A program made the translations under genes and the position numbers. From positions 1 to 64,000 of the IMG/VR virus record IMGVR_UViG_2922715855_000002: a DNA stretch of 64,000 nt, one strand, 5' to 3'. Below the pieces are notes generated by a model that ran no database searches, was not told the DNA's origin, and saw nothing but the letters and a program-made list of their open reading frames with translations. The stretch comes from a virus. Taxonomy: Duplodnaviria > Caudoviricetes. Shown here one piece after another: positions 55,429 through 64,000 of the stretch (position 1 is its first letter; each line of letters starts with the position of its first letter).

Positions 55429-56697
55429 TTGGCTAAACGATGGTGGAAGTTTTGGAGTAAACGCTCCATCGAATGGAATGGTGGCAGATTTGATGGGGGC
55501 GGTCGCACAAGAAGTGGTGAGTTAATCACAACAGAAACCGCCATGCTGAACAGCAACGTGTATACGGTCGCTTCGATTCTGGGCGGAGATATCGGAAAGT
55601 TTCCTCTACAGGTATTTAAACGTGTTGGTGACAACATTCGCCGCGATACGAATCACCCCGTATCAAAGCTGCTTGGCAAACGATCTAACCCACACATGAC
55701 CGCCTACACGTTTAAAGAAACGATGAAGCTGCACTGTGTGGTTTGGGGAAATGCTTACGCAGAAATTGAATTCGGCGAAGATGGTTATCCCAAAGCTCTT
55801 TGGCCTCTTGATCCCGGACGTACCGATGTGATGACAGACCTTGAAGGGAATGTTTGGTATGTAACTACATTACCAAACGGTTCGCGTCGGAAATTAACGG
55901 TTGATCAGGTACTACACTTTAAAAGTATAGGTCGCAGCGGATTAAAAGGGATTACGCCTATTGAAGTCATCCGCGAGGAATTAGGGATTCAAAAGGCGCA
56001 GAAGAAATTCCTAGGGTCCTTCTATGGGAACGGGACAACCGTCGGCGGAGTACTTAACGTTGAATCAGATAAGCCTTTAACAGGAGCAGCAAAGGACCGT
56101 ATTCGTGACGAATGGGCAAAGATTAACTCCGGTTTAGATAATATGGCGCGCGTTGCGATATTAGATAACACAACGAAATACCAGGCATTAGGTATGCCCC
56201 TCAAGGATGCGGAATTTATCGATTCATCGAAATTCGGTATTGCCGAGGTCGCCAAAATTTATAAAGTGCCAGGTTACAAGCTAGGTATTTCGGATGTGAA
56301 GTACTCCAATATGGAGAATCAATCCTTGGAGTACGTGAAGAATACGCTGCAACCTATCGTAACCAATTGGGAAATGGAAATCGATACGAAACTATTCACT
56401 GAAACAGAACAAAAGAAATACTACGTCAAATTTAACATGACAAGCGAATTGCGGGGCGATTCAGCCACGCGCGCCGCCTTCTATAAGGCGATGTTAGAAA
56501 TTGGTGTCCTGACTATCAATGAGGTTCGTCTTATGGAAGAACTAGACCAGATCGGACCTGACGGAGACAAGCATTTCATTAATTTGAATTTAGTGAATTT
56601 GGCGAATATGGACCAATATCAGAATGCAAGGGCAGGAACGAAGGGGGGTGAGGACGATAAAGAAGGAAATACGGTACCTAACGATCCAGCAGCTTGA
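55429..56697 (+). CDS. Portal protein, HK97 family
   Basis: WGNAY, VLHFK, YSNMENQSLEY and ELRGD motifs. Confidence 0.94.
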   Translation: MAKRWWKFWSKRSIEWNGGRFDGGGRTRSGELITTETAMLNSNVYTVASILGGDIGKFPLQVFKRVGDNIRRDTNHPVSKLLGKRSNPHMTAYTFKETMKLHCVVWGNAYAEIEFGEDGYPKALWPLDPGRTDVMTDLEGNVWYVTTLPNGSRRKLTVDQVLHFKSIGRSGLKGITPIEVIREELGIQKAQKKFLGSFYGNGTTVGGVLNVESDKPLTGAAKDRIRDEWAKINSGLDNMARVAILDNTTKYQALGMPLKDAEFIDSSKFGIAEVAKIYKVPGYKLGISDVKYSNMENQSLEYVKNTLQPIVTNWEMEIDTKLFTETEQKKYYVKFNMTSELRGDSATRAAFYKAMLEIGVLTINEVRLMEELDQIGPDGDKHFINLNLVNLANMDQYQNARAGTKGGEDDKEGNTVPNDPAA

Positions 56698-57256
56698 GAC
56701 ACGATCAACAAGTGAAGGATCGGATTCGATTACCATCGTGGGGTATGCTGCGAAGTTCAATACACGATCAAGGCTTTTGTATGGCGAGTTTTTCGAAAAA
56801 ATCGCACAAGGTGCCTTTACGCTCACGTTACGAGAGGACACGATCAAAGCGTTATGGAATCACAACAGCGATATGGTCCTTGGATCAACCAAAAGCGGCA
56901 CATTAAGGCTTTATGAGGATCAAATTGGATTGCGTATGGAAATAGATTTACCTAACAGTACATGGGGACACGATGCCTATGAATCCGTGAATCGCGGAGA
57001 CGTAGACGGCGTGTCCTTTGGTATGTATGTGCGACGAGATTCAGTCGTGTACCTCCCGGATGAGGATGTATATGAACGCACGTTACTTGATATCGAACTA
57101 TTCGAAGTATCGCCCACGGCTTTCCCTGCCTATGAAGACAGTGAGGTCGAAACAGAATCCAGAACCTTAGAGGATTTGGGCATTGTCCCGAAAGAAATAC
57201 GAAATCTTGCTGAATTAGAGCAATTATTAATACAAATCGAATTGATGGGGGTTTAA
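56648..57256 (+). CDS. Prohead protease, HK97 family
   Basis: GYAAKFN, ALWNH, VSFG and FEVSPTAFPAY motifs. Confidence 0.93.
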   Translation: MRTIKKEIRYLTIQQLETRSTSEGSDSITIVGYAAKFNTRSRLLYGEFFEKIAQGAFTLTLREDTIKALWNHNSDMVLGSTKSGTLRLYEDQIGLRMEIDLPNSTWGHDAYESVNRGDVDGVSFGMYVRRDSVVYLPDEDVYERTLLDIELFEVSPTAFPAYEDSEVETESRTLEDLGIVPKEIRNLAELEQLLIQIELMGV

Positions 57257-57259
57257 TCT

Positions 57260-58435
57260 ATGAAAAATAAAGTACGTGAATTACGCCAGTTATTAGCTGC
57301 GAAAAAAGAGGCTGCAACGGTAGCCGCGAACGAAGGAAGAACCGAAGAAGCACGTTCAATGTTATCCGAAATGCGAAGTTTACAGGAACAGATTCAAACG
57401 TTGGAAGAATTGGACGATGTTCAAGTTCCGATCCCAGGAACGGAAGTCCCTGTTATCGAGAATGAAGAAGAAACGCGTTCGATGAAAAAGGTAAAAACTA
57501 TTGTTAGCAGCAAAGAGTATAGAACGGCGTTTTTCAATCGAGTATTAGGTGAAGCGACGAACAAAGATCGCCAAATGCTTGAAGAAGTGCGGACTCTCTC
57601 GGGCATTACAGGAAAGGATGGAGGCTACCTAGTTCCGAAGGATGTTGAGACAGAGATCATTCGATTGAAGCGCGATTTACCACAATTAGAAAAACTCGTT
57701 CGCGTAATTCCGGTGAAATCGAATACTGGTACGCGAAATATTGAGACGGGTTCTCGCTTTACAAAGTTCCTCCCATTAGCTGAACTACAGGATATGAAAG
57801 AAGGTGGAAGCCCTCAATTTTCTCAAGTTCCTTTTTCTGTTGTGGATAAAGGTGGGTTTTTCCCGATTCCAAATGATTTACTTGATGATTCACCAGAAGA
57901 TATTGAGGCTTATTTGGCTGAATGGATCGCCCGCGGCGTAGTTGGCACGAGGAATGGTGAAATTTTGGTATTACTAGGTGCAATTGAAAGTAAGGTTCCG
58001 ATCGCTAACATTCAAGATTTGAAAAAAATCTTGAATGTTACTCTTGATCCAGCCATTTCAAAGATCGCCTCGATTATTACGAACCAAGATGGTTTCAATC
58101 ATTTGGATAGTCTTGTTGACGGTCAAGGGCGTCCTTTACTTCAACCTAATCCATCTGATTCGACCGGGAGATTATTACTTGGTAAACCTGTTGAAGTTGT
58201 GTCTAACGAATATTTACCTTCCACAGGTACAACCGAGAAAAAAGCTCCAATTTTTATTGGCTCTTTCTCTGATTTCATTGTTATTTTCGAGCGTCAAGGC
58301 TACCGGATTGATACAACAAATGTCGGCGGCAATTCATGGCGTAACAACAGTACCGAAGCACGGGTAATTTACCGGGATGATACTGAGAATCTTGATAGCG
58401 CAGCGGTAGTTGCTGGTGAGATCACGCTTGCATAA
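57260..58435 (+). CDS. Major capsid protein, HK97 family
   Basis: Delta-domain coiled coil; DGGYLVP and DGQGRPLL motifs. Confidence 0.94.
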   Translation: MKNKVRELRQLLAAKKEAATVAANEGRTEEARSMLSEMRSLQEQIQTLEELDDVQVPIPGTEVPVIENEEETRSMKKVKTIVSSKEYRTAFFNRVLGEATNKDRQMLEEVRTLSGITGKDGGYLVPKDVETEIIRLKRDLPQLEKLVRVIPVKSNTGTRNIETGSRFTKFLPLAELQDMKEGGSPQFSQVPFSVVDKGGFFPIPNDLLDDSPEDIEAYLAEWIARGVVGTRNGEILVLLGAIESKVPIANIQDLKKILNVTLDPAISKIASIITNQDGFNHLDSLVDGQGRPLLQPNPSDSTGRLLLGKPVEVVSNEYLPSTGTTEKKAPIFIGSFSDFIVIFERQGYRIDTTNVGGNSWRNNSTEARVIYRDDTENLDSAAVVAGEITLA

Positions 58436-58471
58436 CTCAAGGGGCTTTAAGCCCCTCCTGTGAGGTGTAGA

Positions 58472-58993
58472 ATGTTAACGACCATCGAACGATTAAAGCA
58501 ATCAGTTTCAAACGTCGAGGATCAGCAACTTGAATTTTTAATCAAGGCGGCATCATCGTCAATCATCCGATATATCAACCGCCCACTCGAACAAAAAGAA
58601 TTGGGAGAGTTCCATAATGGGCATGCAGAATCAAAATTTTTGAACTTGGAACTCTATCCGCTACATGAGGTAACATCGGTTGAGATGGACGGTGAGACAA
58701 TCCGGGACATTAAGTTGATTCCGGAAATTGGGCGCTTGTATAGAGAAAAAGGTTGGACTCCAGGCTTCCGAAATATCGAAGTTCGCTATTCGGGCGGGTA
58801 CGTGTTGCCTGGTAATGAGAACGCAAATTTGCCAGAGGATATTGAACTTGCTTGTATCCTTCACGTACAAGACCTCATGAGAACGCCGGGTGTTGTATCT
58901 GAGCGCGTTGGAGATATATCGGTAACATATTCACAGGATCGAATGTCAAACGCAGTGAGAAGCCTTCTAGAAGGTTACAGGCGGTACTTATGA
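58472..58993 (+). CDS. Head-tail connector
   Basis: YSGGY.LP...LPEDIELAC and SERVGDISVTY motifs. Confidence 0.82.
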   Translation: MLTTIERLKQSVSNVEDQQLEFLIKAASSSIIRYINRPLEQKELGEFHNGHAESKFLNLELYPLHEVTSVEMDGETIRDIKLIPEIGRLYREKGWTPGFRNIEVRYSGGYVLPGNENANLPEDIELACILHVQDLMRTPGVVSERVGDISVTYSQDRMSNAVRSLLEGYRRYL

Positions 58994-59472
58994 GTAAGGC
59001 AAGACGAACAAGATCACGGAGAGCGAACGTGGAGGTCACCGAAGTTACTTATTTACCGGATATTCTTCGCAAGCTTGAAGAGTTGACAAAGCATGAAGTG
59101 CATATCGGTGCTAGTGGGGATCAAGAAACGGCGATGATTGCCGGAATCCATGAATATGGCTCCTTGAAGGCGGGCATCCCGGCTCGTTCGTTCATTGGTA
59201 CCGGGAAGAAGAAAGCACAGGCGGCTATTTCCAAGCTTGCTAAATCCGGTGTGAATGCGATTGTTCAGAAAAGCGAAACCGCTAGGGGGTTGCTGGAATC
59301 GATCGGGCAAGAAGGGGAATCACGCGTTGTTAAAAACTTCGATAAGATTCGCACGCCTTCATTGTCGCCATTGTACGCACGTCGAAAGGGTAACGGTAAA
59401 ATTCTGGTACAAGAACAAAAGTTGAGGGATTCTATCACATTTATTGTGATTCCTAAAAAGGGGCGTAGGTGA
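58990..59472 (+). CDS. Neck/virion morphogenesis protein
   Basis: IAGIHEYG...IPARSFI motif. Confidence 0.75.
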   Translation: MSKARRTRSRRANVEVTEVTYLPDILRKLEELTKHEVHIGASGDQETAMIAGIHEYGSLKAGIPARSFIGTGKKKAQAAISKLAKSGVNAIVQKSETARGLLESIGQEGESRVVKNFDKIRTPSLSPLYARRKGNGKILVQEQKLRDSITFIVIPKKGRR

Positions 59473-59819
59473 TGAGGAATTTTCGTTTTGCATCTATCGT
59501 CCGTAAATACTTTCGTCCATATGTCCAGGTTCAAGAAAGTGAAGGGAAGAGGGATGAAGACGGCGTATGGATTCCGTCTGAACCCATCCTTAAGAGTTTG
59601 CAAGGGCATATCCAGCCGATCAGTGCTGAATTGCAGCAGGTCGAAGGTGGCCGCTATACGAAAACGGACCGGATGCTCTTCACGGAATCAAGTCACGAAT
59701 CCGGCGATATTATCGGATACCAGGGCAATCGATATACCGTAGGGACCGAAGTGGAACGAGAGTATAGTGACATCAATCAATACGTCATTAAGAAGGTGAT
59801 CGTCAGTGATACAGTTTAA
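59469..59819 (+). CDS. Head closure/adaptor protein
   Basis: Synteny; EGGRY.KTDR. Confidence 0.65.
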   Translation: MMRNFRFASIVRKYFRPYVQVQESEGKRDEDGVWIPSEPILKSLQGHIQPISAELQQVEGGRYTKTDRMLFTESSHESGDIIGYQGNRYTVGTEVEREYSDINQYVIKKVIVSDTV

Positions 59820-60300
59820 GTTGATTCGTTCAACGATCATTCGGAACCTAAAAGCATATCTTCATCTTGAGATCATAGAAATGAATGGTGGCGGAGACAT
59901 TCCGAAAACAGCTTTCCTGACCTATGACTTCACAGAAGGGATAGGAGATGCCAAAGGTTTCCCTATCGTTTACGCGGAAGAAAACAAAATTAAGTATGTC
60001 GAGACGGTGCCTTTTACCGTCTCTTTTTTGTCTTACGCAGATGATAAAGCGACCAGTTTCGAGAATGCGATAAAGGCTCGGGATTGGTTCAAAACTATTG
60101 GACACGACATATTAAAAGATTTGGCCAATGTGATTGTGGTGGATACGGGTCCTGTTGAAAATCGAGATATCGCGATTGGGATTGAGTGGGAACGAAGACA
60201 GGGTTTTGAGGTCATGTTCCGTACGCTGGACATTATCGAAACAGAGCTGAACCCCATCGAGAAAGTAAATATAAAAGGAGCTGAGAACCTTGGCAGTTAA
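59806..60300 (+). CDS. Neck/tail terminator protein
   Basis: Synteny before the sheath gene. Confidence 0.65.
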   Translation: MIQFKLIRSTIIRNLKAYLHLEIIEMNGGGDIPKTAFLTYDFTEGIGDAKGFPIVYAEENKIKYVETVPFTVSFLSYADDKATSFENAIKARDWFKTIGHDILKDLANVIVVDTGPVENRDIAIGIEWERRQGFEVMFRTLDIIETELNPIEKVNIKGAENLGS

Positions 60301-61294
60301 AGGTGATGTAACAGTAACGATAGACATGCAACGCCCTACACCAAAATTAGGTTTTGGGAAGCCTCTTATCATTGGATCGAGCGCTACAGGCATGGAGTAC
60401 ACGACGTATTCTGATTTAGAAGGCGTCGGGAAAGATTTTGCTGCTAATTCAGACGTTTATAAAGCTGCATTAGCATTATTAAGTCAAGGCGATAATTCAC
60501 CTGCGGAAATTGCCATTATGTTATATAAGACCGAGGGAGAAACATTACAGACTTTTCTTCCCAAAATTTTCGCGAAAGATTGGTACTTCCTTATTTCGAC
60601 AAGCAGCCAGGTTACCAATATTACCGCGATTGCGGACGCCGTAGAATTGGATAAATCCCGCCAGTTCTTCGCGAGTACGAGCAGTTTAGAAGACTTGGCG
60701 AAAATCTATGCAAAGAAATACGACAGAACGACTCTTTTCTATCATACGGATACAGATAATTACCCGGAAGCCGCTTGGATTGGGGAGGCTGCTTCGGCAG
60801 AACCCGGAAGCCTGACATGGAAATTCAAGACATTAAAAGGGATTGCTCCATTGGATATCGATACGACAGAGCTAATGGAGATTGAAGCGTTAGGTGCCAA
60901 TACCTATGTCACGAAAGCAGGGGATGACGTGACAAGTGAGGGTAAAACGGTCTCCGGTGAGTACATCGATATTATTCATTCTCGCGATTACCTCGTAACT
61001 AGCATTCAGTATGCAATTCAAAAGTTACTCAACAAAGCAAAGAAAATTAACTATGACAATGGAGGGATTGCACAACTAGAATCTGCTACTCGGAATGTAT
61101 TGAAACGCGCGGATTTGAACGGTATGATCGCGCACGATGACGATGGACAAGCGTTGTACGCAACTTTCTTCAAGACGCGCGACCAGGTCGATCCTGCCGA
61201 TAGACAAAACCGGGAATACAACGACGGAACATTCGAGTTTGAACTTGCTGGAGCGATTCACAGATCGAAAATTAAAGGAATTATCAAACTGTAA
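60290..61294 (+). CDS. Tail sheath protein (DUF3383 type)
   Basis: GSLTWKFKTLKG, SGEYIDI...DYL and FELAGAIH motifs. Confidence 0.88.
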   Translation: MAVKGDVTVTIDMQRPTPKLGFGKPLIIGSSATGMEYTTYSDLEGVGKDFAANSDVYKAALALLSQGDNSPAEIAIMLYKTEGETLQTFLPKIFAKDWYFLISTSSQVTNITAIADAVELDKSRQFFASTSSLEDLAKIYAKKYDRTTLFYHTDTDNYPEAAWIGEAASAEPGSLTWKFKTLKGIAPLDIDTTELMEIEALGANTYVTKAGDDVTSEGKTVSGEYIDIIHSRDYLVTSIQYAIQKLLNKAKKINYDNGGIAQLESATRNVLKRADLNGMIAHDDDGQALYATFFKTRDQVDPADRQNREYNDGTFEFELAGAIHRSKIKGIIKL

Positions 61295-61310
61295 GGAGGA
61301 TTGAAAAATC

Positions 61311-61700
61311 ATGAATACGTATGATCCAAAAGATGTGACGGTTGTCGTCGGCGGGACGTATCTCACGGGTTTTAGTGAGGATATGGTTGAAGCTGAGAAG
61401 GACGAGGATAACTATGAGACGAAAGTCGGCGCGCAGGGGGATGTTATCCGTACAAAAGTGAATAATCCCCTTGGCACCATTACATTAACTTTACTCCCGA
61501 CCAGCCCTCAAGTGGCATACATGGATAAATTAGCGAATACCGGGGCACTAGTTCCGGTTTCGGTCATCCATAGCGGTACACCGAAAGAGACGATCACAGT
61601 TACAGAGTCTTTTGTGAAGAAACCAGCAACACGCACGTACGGTAAAGATGCCGAAGATCGCGAGTATGAATTGCAATGCCTTGATATGGATATCCAATAA
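61311..61700 (+). CDS. Tail tube protein (DUF3277 type)
   Basis: TYDPKDVTVVVGG..LTGF and GTITLTLL.TSP motifs. Confidence 0.85.
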   Translation: MNTYDPKDVTVVVGGTYLTGFSEDMVEAEKDEDNYETKVGAQGDVIRTKVNNPLGTITLTLLPTSPQVAYMDKLANTGALVPVSVIHSGTPKETITVTESFVKKPATRTYGKDAEDREYELQCLDMDIQ

Positions 61701-61723
61701 CAAACAAAGGGAGACGATTCACA

Positions 61724-62032
61724 ATGTTTAAACAAAAGAACTTTACAACTAAAGCAGGAAATAAATTTGTATTCCAACATCCAGGTGTGCGGATGGTATC
61801 CAAGATCAATGACGCCAGTAAAAACAAGCATGGCGTTGTATCGGAGGAACGGCTTGCAGAAGAAATGTTAAAGCACGTGGTTGTTGATCCAAAAATGAAA
61901 ATCGATGATTTCACTAATTACAAGGAGTACAGCGAAGTAATTAATTCCGCATATGCTTTTATTTCCGGTCAATCAGACGGTGGTGAGGAAGACAATGACA
62001 ATCAGCAAGAAGGAAGCGAAACGGAGGGCTAA
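61724..62032 (+). CDS. Tail assembly chaperone
   Basis: Synteny; FQHPGVR motif. Confidence 0.72.
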   Translation: MFKQKNFTTKAGNKFVFQHPGVRMVSKINDASKNKHGVVSEERLAEEMLKHVVVDPKMKIDDFTNYKEYSEVINSAYAFISGQSDGGEEDNDNQQEGSETEG

Positions 62033-62183
62033 GGAACGTTGGTTCCAATGGCGGATACTGCTTTCTGATATGAATATCACATACGCGGATTTAATGCTCA
62101 TGGATGATGATGATCTTGCGGAAGCAAACGCCGCACTTGATATTCATATCGAACAGCAACAAAAAGAAATGAATAAGAAGTAA
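61995..62183 (+). CDS. Second tail assembly chaperone segment
   Basis: GAGG RBS before ATG 61995; DDLAEANAALD motif. Confidence 0.65.
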   Translation: MTISKKEAKRRAKERWFQWRILLSDMNITYADLMLMDDDDLAEANAALDIHIEQQQKEMNKK

Positions 62184-62232
62184 CGCAAGCGCCCAACATG
62201 GCGCTTGTTTTTGTGTAGAGGTGGTGAGGTAT

Positions 62233-62883
62233 TTGGGTGTAATCGGTAACCTGATGTTTGCCGTTGGCTTCAAAGTCGGCGATAGTGCGCTGAAAAAGGT
62301 CGATAAGCAAATGACCGGGTTGAAAGATAATTGGACAAAAGTCGGAATCGCGACCGCTGCGGTGGGGACGGCAATTATTGGCGTTGGTGTTGCGGCGTTA
62401 TCAGCTTCAAGTGATTTCAATAAATCTATGGCATCTATTCAAATGGCAACCGGACAAACTGCGGATCAAATGGAAGCGACGAAGGATGTCGCTAAAAATC
62501 TGTATAAACAGAATTTCGGCGAGAATTGGCAATTACTCAGTGATGCGATAGCGGTAACGACTCAAATTACACAGCAGCACGGTAAGGAACTCGAAAACAC
62601 AACGCGTAACGCCTTGCTATTCCAGGAGGCATTCAAAAAGGATATTCCCGAATCCATCAAAACTACGGATACCATGATGAGGCAATTTGGGATTACGAGT
62701 GATGATTCCTTTAATCTTCTGGCTCAAGGACAGCAGAAAGGGTTGGATAAGTCCGGCGAGCTGCTAGATACAGCGAATGAATACGCCAATCAGTTTAAAG
62801 CGCTTGGGTTCTCTGCTGATGAAATGTTCGACACATTGGCAGCCGGGTCTGAGAACGGCGCGTTCAATTTAGATAAAGTGGGT
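62233..62883 (+). CDS. Tape measure protein, exon 1 (interrupted by an intron)
   Basis: Minor-tail/TMP motifs (MMRQFGI, GLDKSGELLDT.NEY..QF..LGF, GAFNLDKVG) end at the splice site. Confidence 0.9.
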
Positions 62884-64000
62884 TATACGGCTCACTATAA
62901 ACTCCTCTATTTGCTGGGACGTCTTATGTTGATATTAAATCAAATCATATGTAAAAGAATTTGTTTGATATAATACATTTAACAAGATAATCAGCAGGGA
63001 AGCTTTTTGGGAGGGACTAATTTTGTTTGATATTTACGTCATTAGAAATATCATTAACGAGAAAAAATATATCGGTTACACCTCGAAAGGATATAAAACG
63101 AGATTTAGACTTCATATAAAGGAAGCATATGAAGGAAATACTTCGCGTTACCTTTGTAAAGCCATTCGCAAATATGGTAAAGAAAATTTCACCGTTGAAT
63201 TACTTGAAACCGTTGAGACTCATGAGCTTGCAGTAGAGAAAGAAATCTACTATATCCAAAAAATGAACACCTTTGCTCATAAAAAAGGAAGCCATGGATA
63301 TAATGCAACACTCGGCGGGGAAGGTGTAAACGGTAAGTTAGTTCCCCAAAGTATGAGAGACAAGATGAGTAAAATAAAAAAGGACCAGTTAGCTTGGGTC
63401 GGTAAAAATAATCCTATGTATAAGAAGGGGTATTTGATTGCCGGAGATAAGCATCCTTTGTTTGGAAAGAATCATTCATCTGAAACAAAATCAAAAATAA
63501 GTCAGTCAAATAAAGGACGACATATTGGGATTAATAACCCTGCTTCTAAGCTGACCGAATGTTACTCTCTTGAGTGTAAAACAGGAAAAATTGAAATGTT
63601 CAGTAGTTTTTATGAAATGCAGCAGTTTTTCATTAGCTTGGGGATGAAGTTGAATAGAAGTATCGTACTAGGTATTATGCGAATGGATAAAGGTAAGAAA
63701 AGCTACAAAAGATATAAGTTTTTTCGAGAAGACGTTACACCGAATGATATTTTTTCGGAAATAAGACGTAAATATCAAATGAAAATCTTTGAGCCCATAG
63801 AATTAAAGGATCATAGGCAAGGTGAAGAACACCCGAAAGCCAAAAATATGATATGTTTTGCTAGTGAGATTTCAACAGGAAAGATATATAGATTTGAATC
63901 ATGGTATGAATTGAAAAGAGGACTCGGAATAATTACAGGTAAAGAAATTACATACTCTAGCCTCTTTAAAGTTCTCACTGGTAAATATAAACAAACGACA
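62884..64000 (+). mobile_element. Group I self-splicing intron (5' part) in the tape measure gene
   Basis: P1 AGTGGGT/GCTCACT with U.G at the splice site; P4 TGCTG 62912-16 with CAGCA 62992-96 (TTGCTGGGA and AATCAGCAGG signatures); P5 stem between. Confidence 0.9.
63023..64000 (+). CDS. Intron-encoded GIY-YIG homing endonuclease with NUMOD3-type motif (3' end beyond window; absent from the ORF track)
   Basis: GGGAGGG RBS and TTG start; DIYVIRN...KKYIGYT..Y.TRF..H, AIRKYG.ENF, E..YI, GYNAT.GG, HPLFGKNHS.ETK.KIS; no stop in 326 codons. Confidence 0.93.
   Translation, partial: MFDIYVIRNIINEKKYIGYTSKGYKTRFRLHIKEAYEGNTSRYLCKAIRKYGKENFTVELLETVETHELAVEKEIYYIQKMNTFAHKKGSHGYNATLGGEGVNGKLVPQSMRDKMSKIKKDQLAWVGKNNPMYKKGYLIAGDKHPLFGKNHSSETKSKISQSNKGRHIGINNPASKLTECYSLECKTGKIEMFSSFYEMQQFFISLGMKLNRSIVLGIMRMDKGKKSYKRYKFFREDVTPNDIFSEIRRKYQMKIFEPIELKDHRQGEEHPKAKNMICFASEISTGKIYRFESWYELKRGLGIITGKEITYSSLFKVLTGKYKQTT

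Larger units (their letters stand above)
40260..64000. mobile_element. Prophage 2, cos-type phage with HK97-like head and contractile tail; continues beyond the window
   Basis: Second integrase, immunity, replication, HNH/terminase, head, sheath/tube and TMP. Confidence 0.93.

Noticed and set aside
61953-62183. Programmed frameshift in the prophage 2 tail chaperone
   Set aside because: No slippery sequence is seen near the first stop, and the second ORF has its own GAGG RBS and ATG at 61995.
62221-62973. Track ORF suggesting a truncated 250-aa tape measure pseudogene
   Set aside because: The last ~30 residues are read-through into the group I intron; the true exon ends at 62883.
62884-64000. 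IStron (intron-IS605 chimera) or plain insertion sequence
   Set aside because: The internal ORF has GIY-YIG and NUMOD3 motifs, not TnpA/TnpB or DDE motifs.

Overview
The window holds two temperate phages integrated head-to-tail in a Firmicute chromosome, probably Paenibacillaceae (inferred from gene content), with no recognisable host gene between them. Prophage 1 (1 to ~40.2 kb) looks complete and siphovirus-like: tyrosine integrase, LexA/S24-type repressor, O/DnaI replication, Dam-type methylase, PBSX-like terminase, 1670-aa tape measure, tail fibre, holin, amidase and an accessory right end. Prophage 2 (~40.26 kb to beyond 64 kb) has a related integrase, a short XRE repressor, a closely similar replication module, its own beta-clamp gene, HNH/cos/P27-type packaging, an HK97-type head and a DUF3383-type contractile tail. 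Its tape-measure gene is interrupted by a group I intron carrying a GIY-YIG homing endonuclease that runs off the window. The most interesting accessory signals are: a post-lysis operon of tiny genes with a divergent HTH regulator (Acr/Aca-like layout), hidden hydrophobic peptides, membrane-protein morons inside both packaging modules, a late-leader RNA motif shared by both phages, and mini tyrosine recombinases each followed by a lox-like site. All family assignments come from motif recognition by eye; no database search was run. Start codons were adjusted from the ORF track where a ribosome-binding site supported it.
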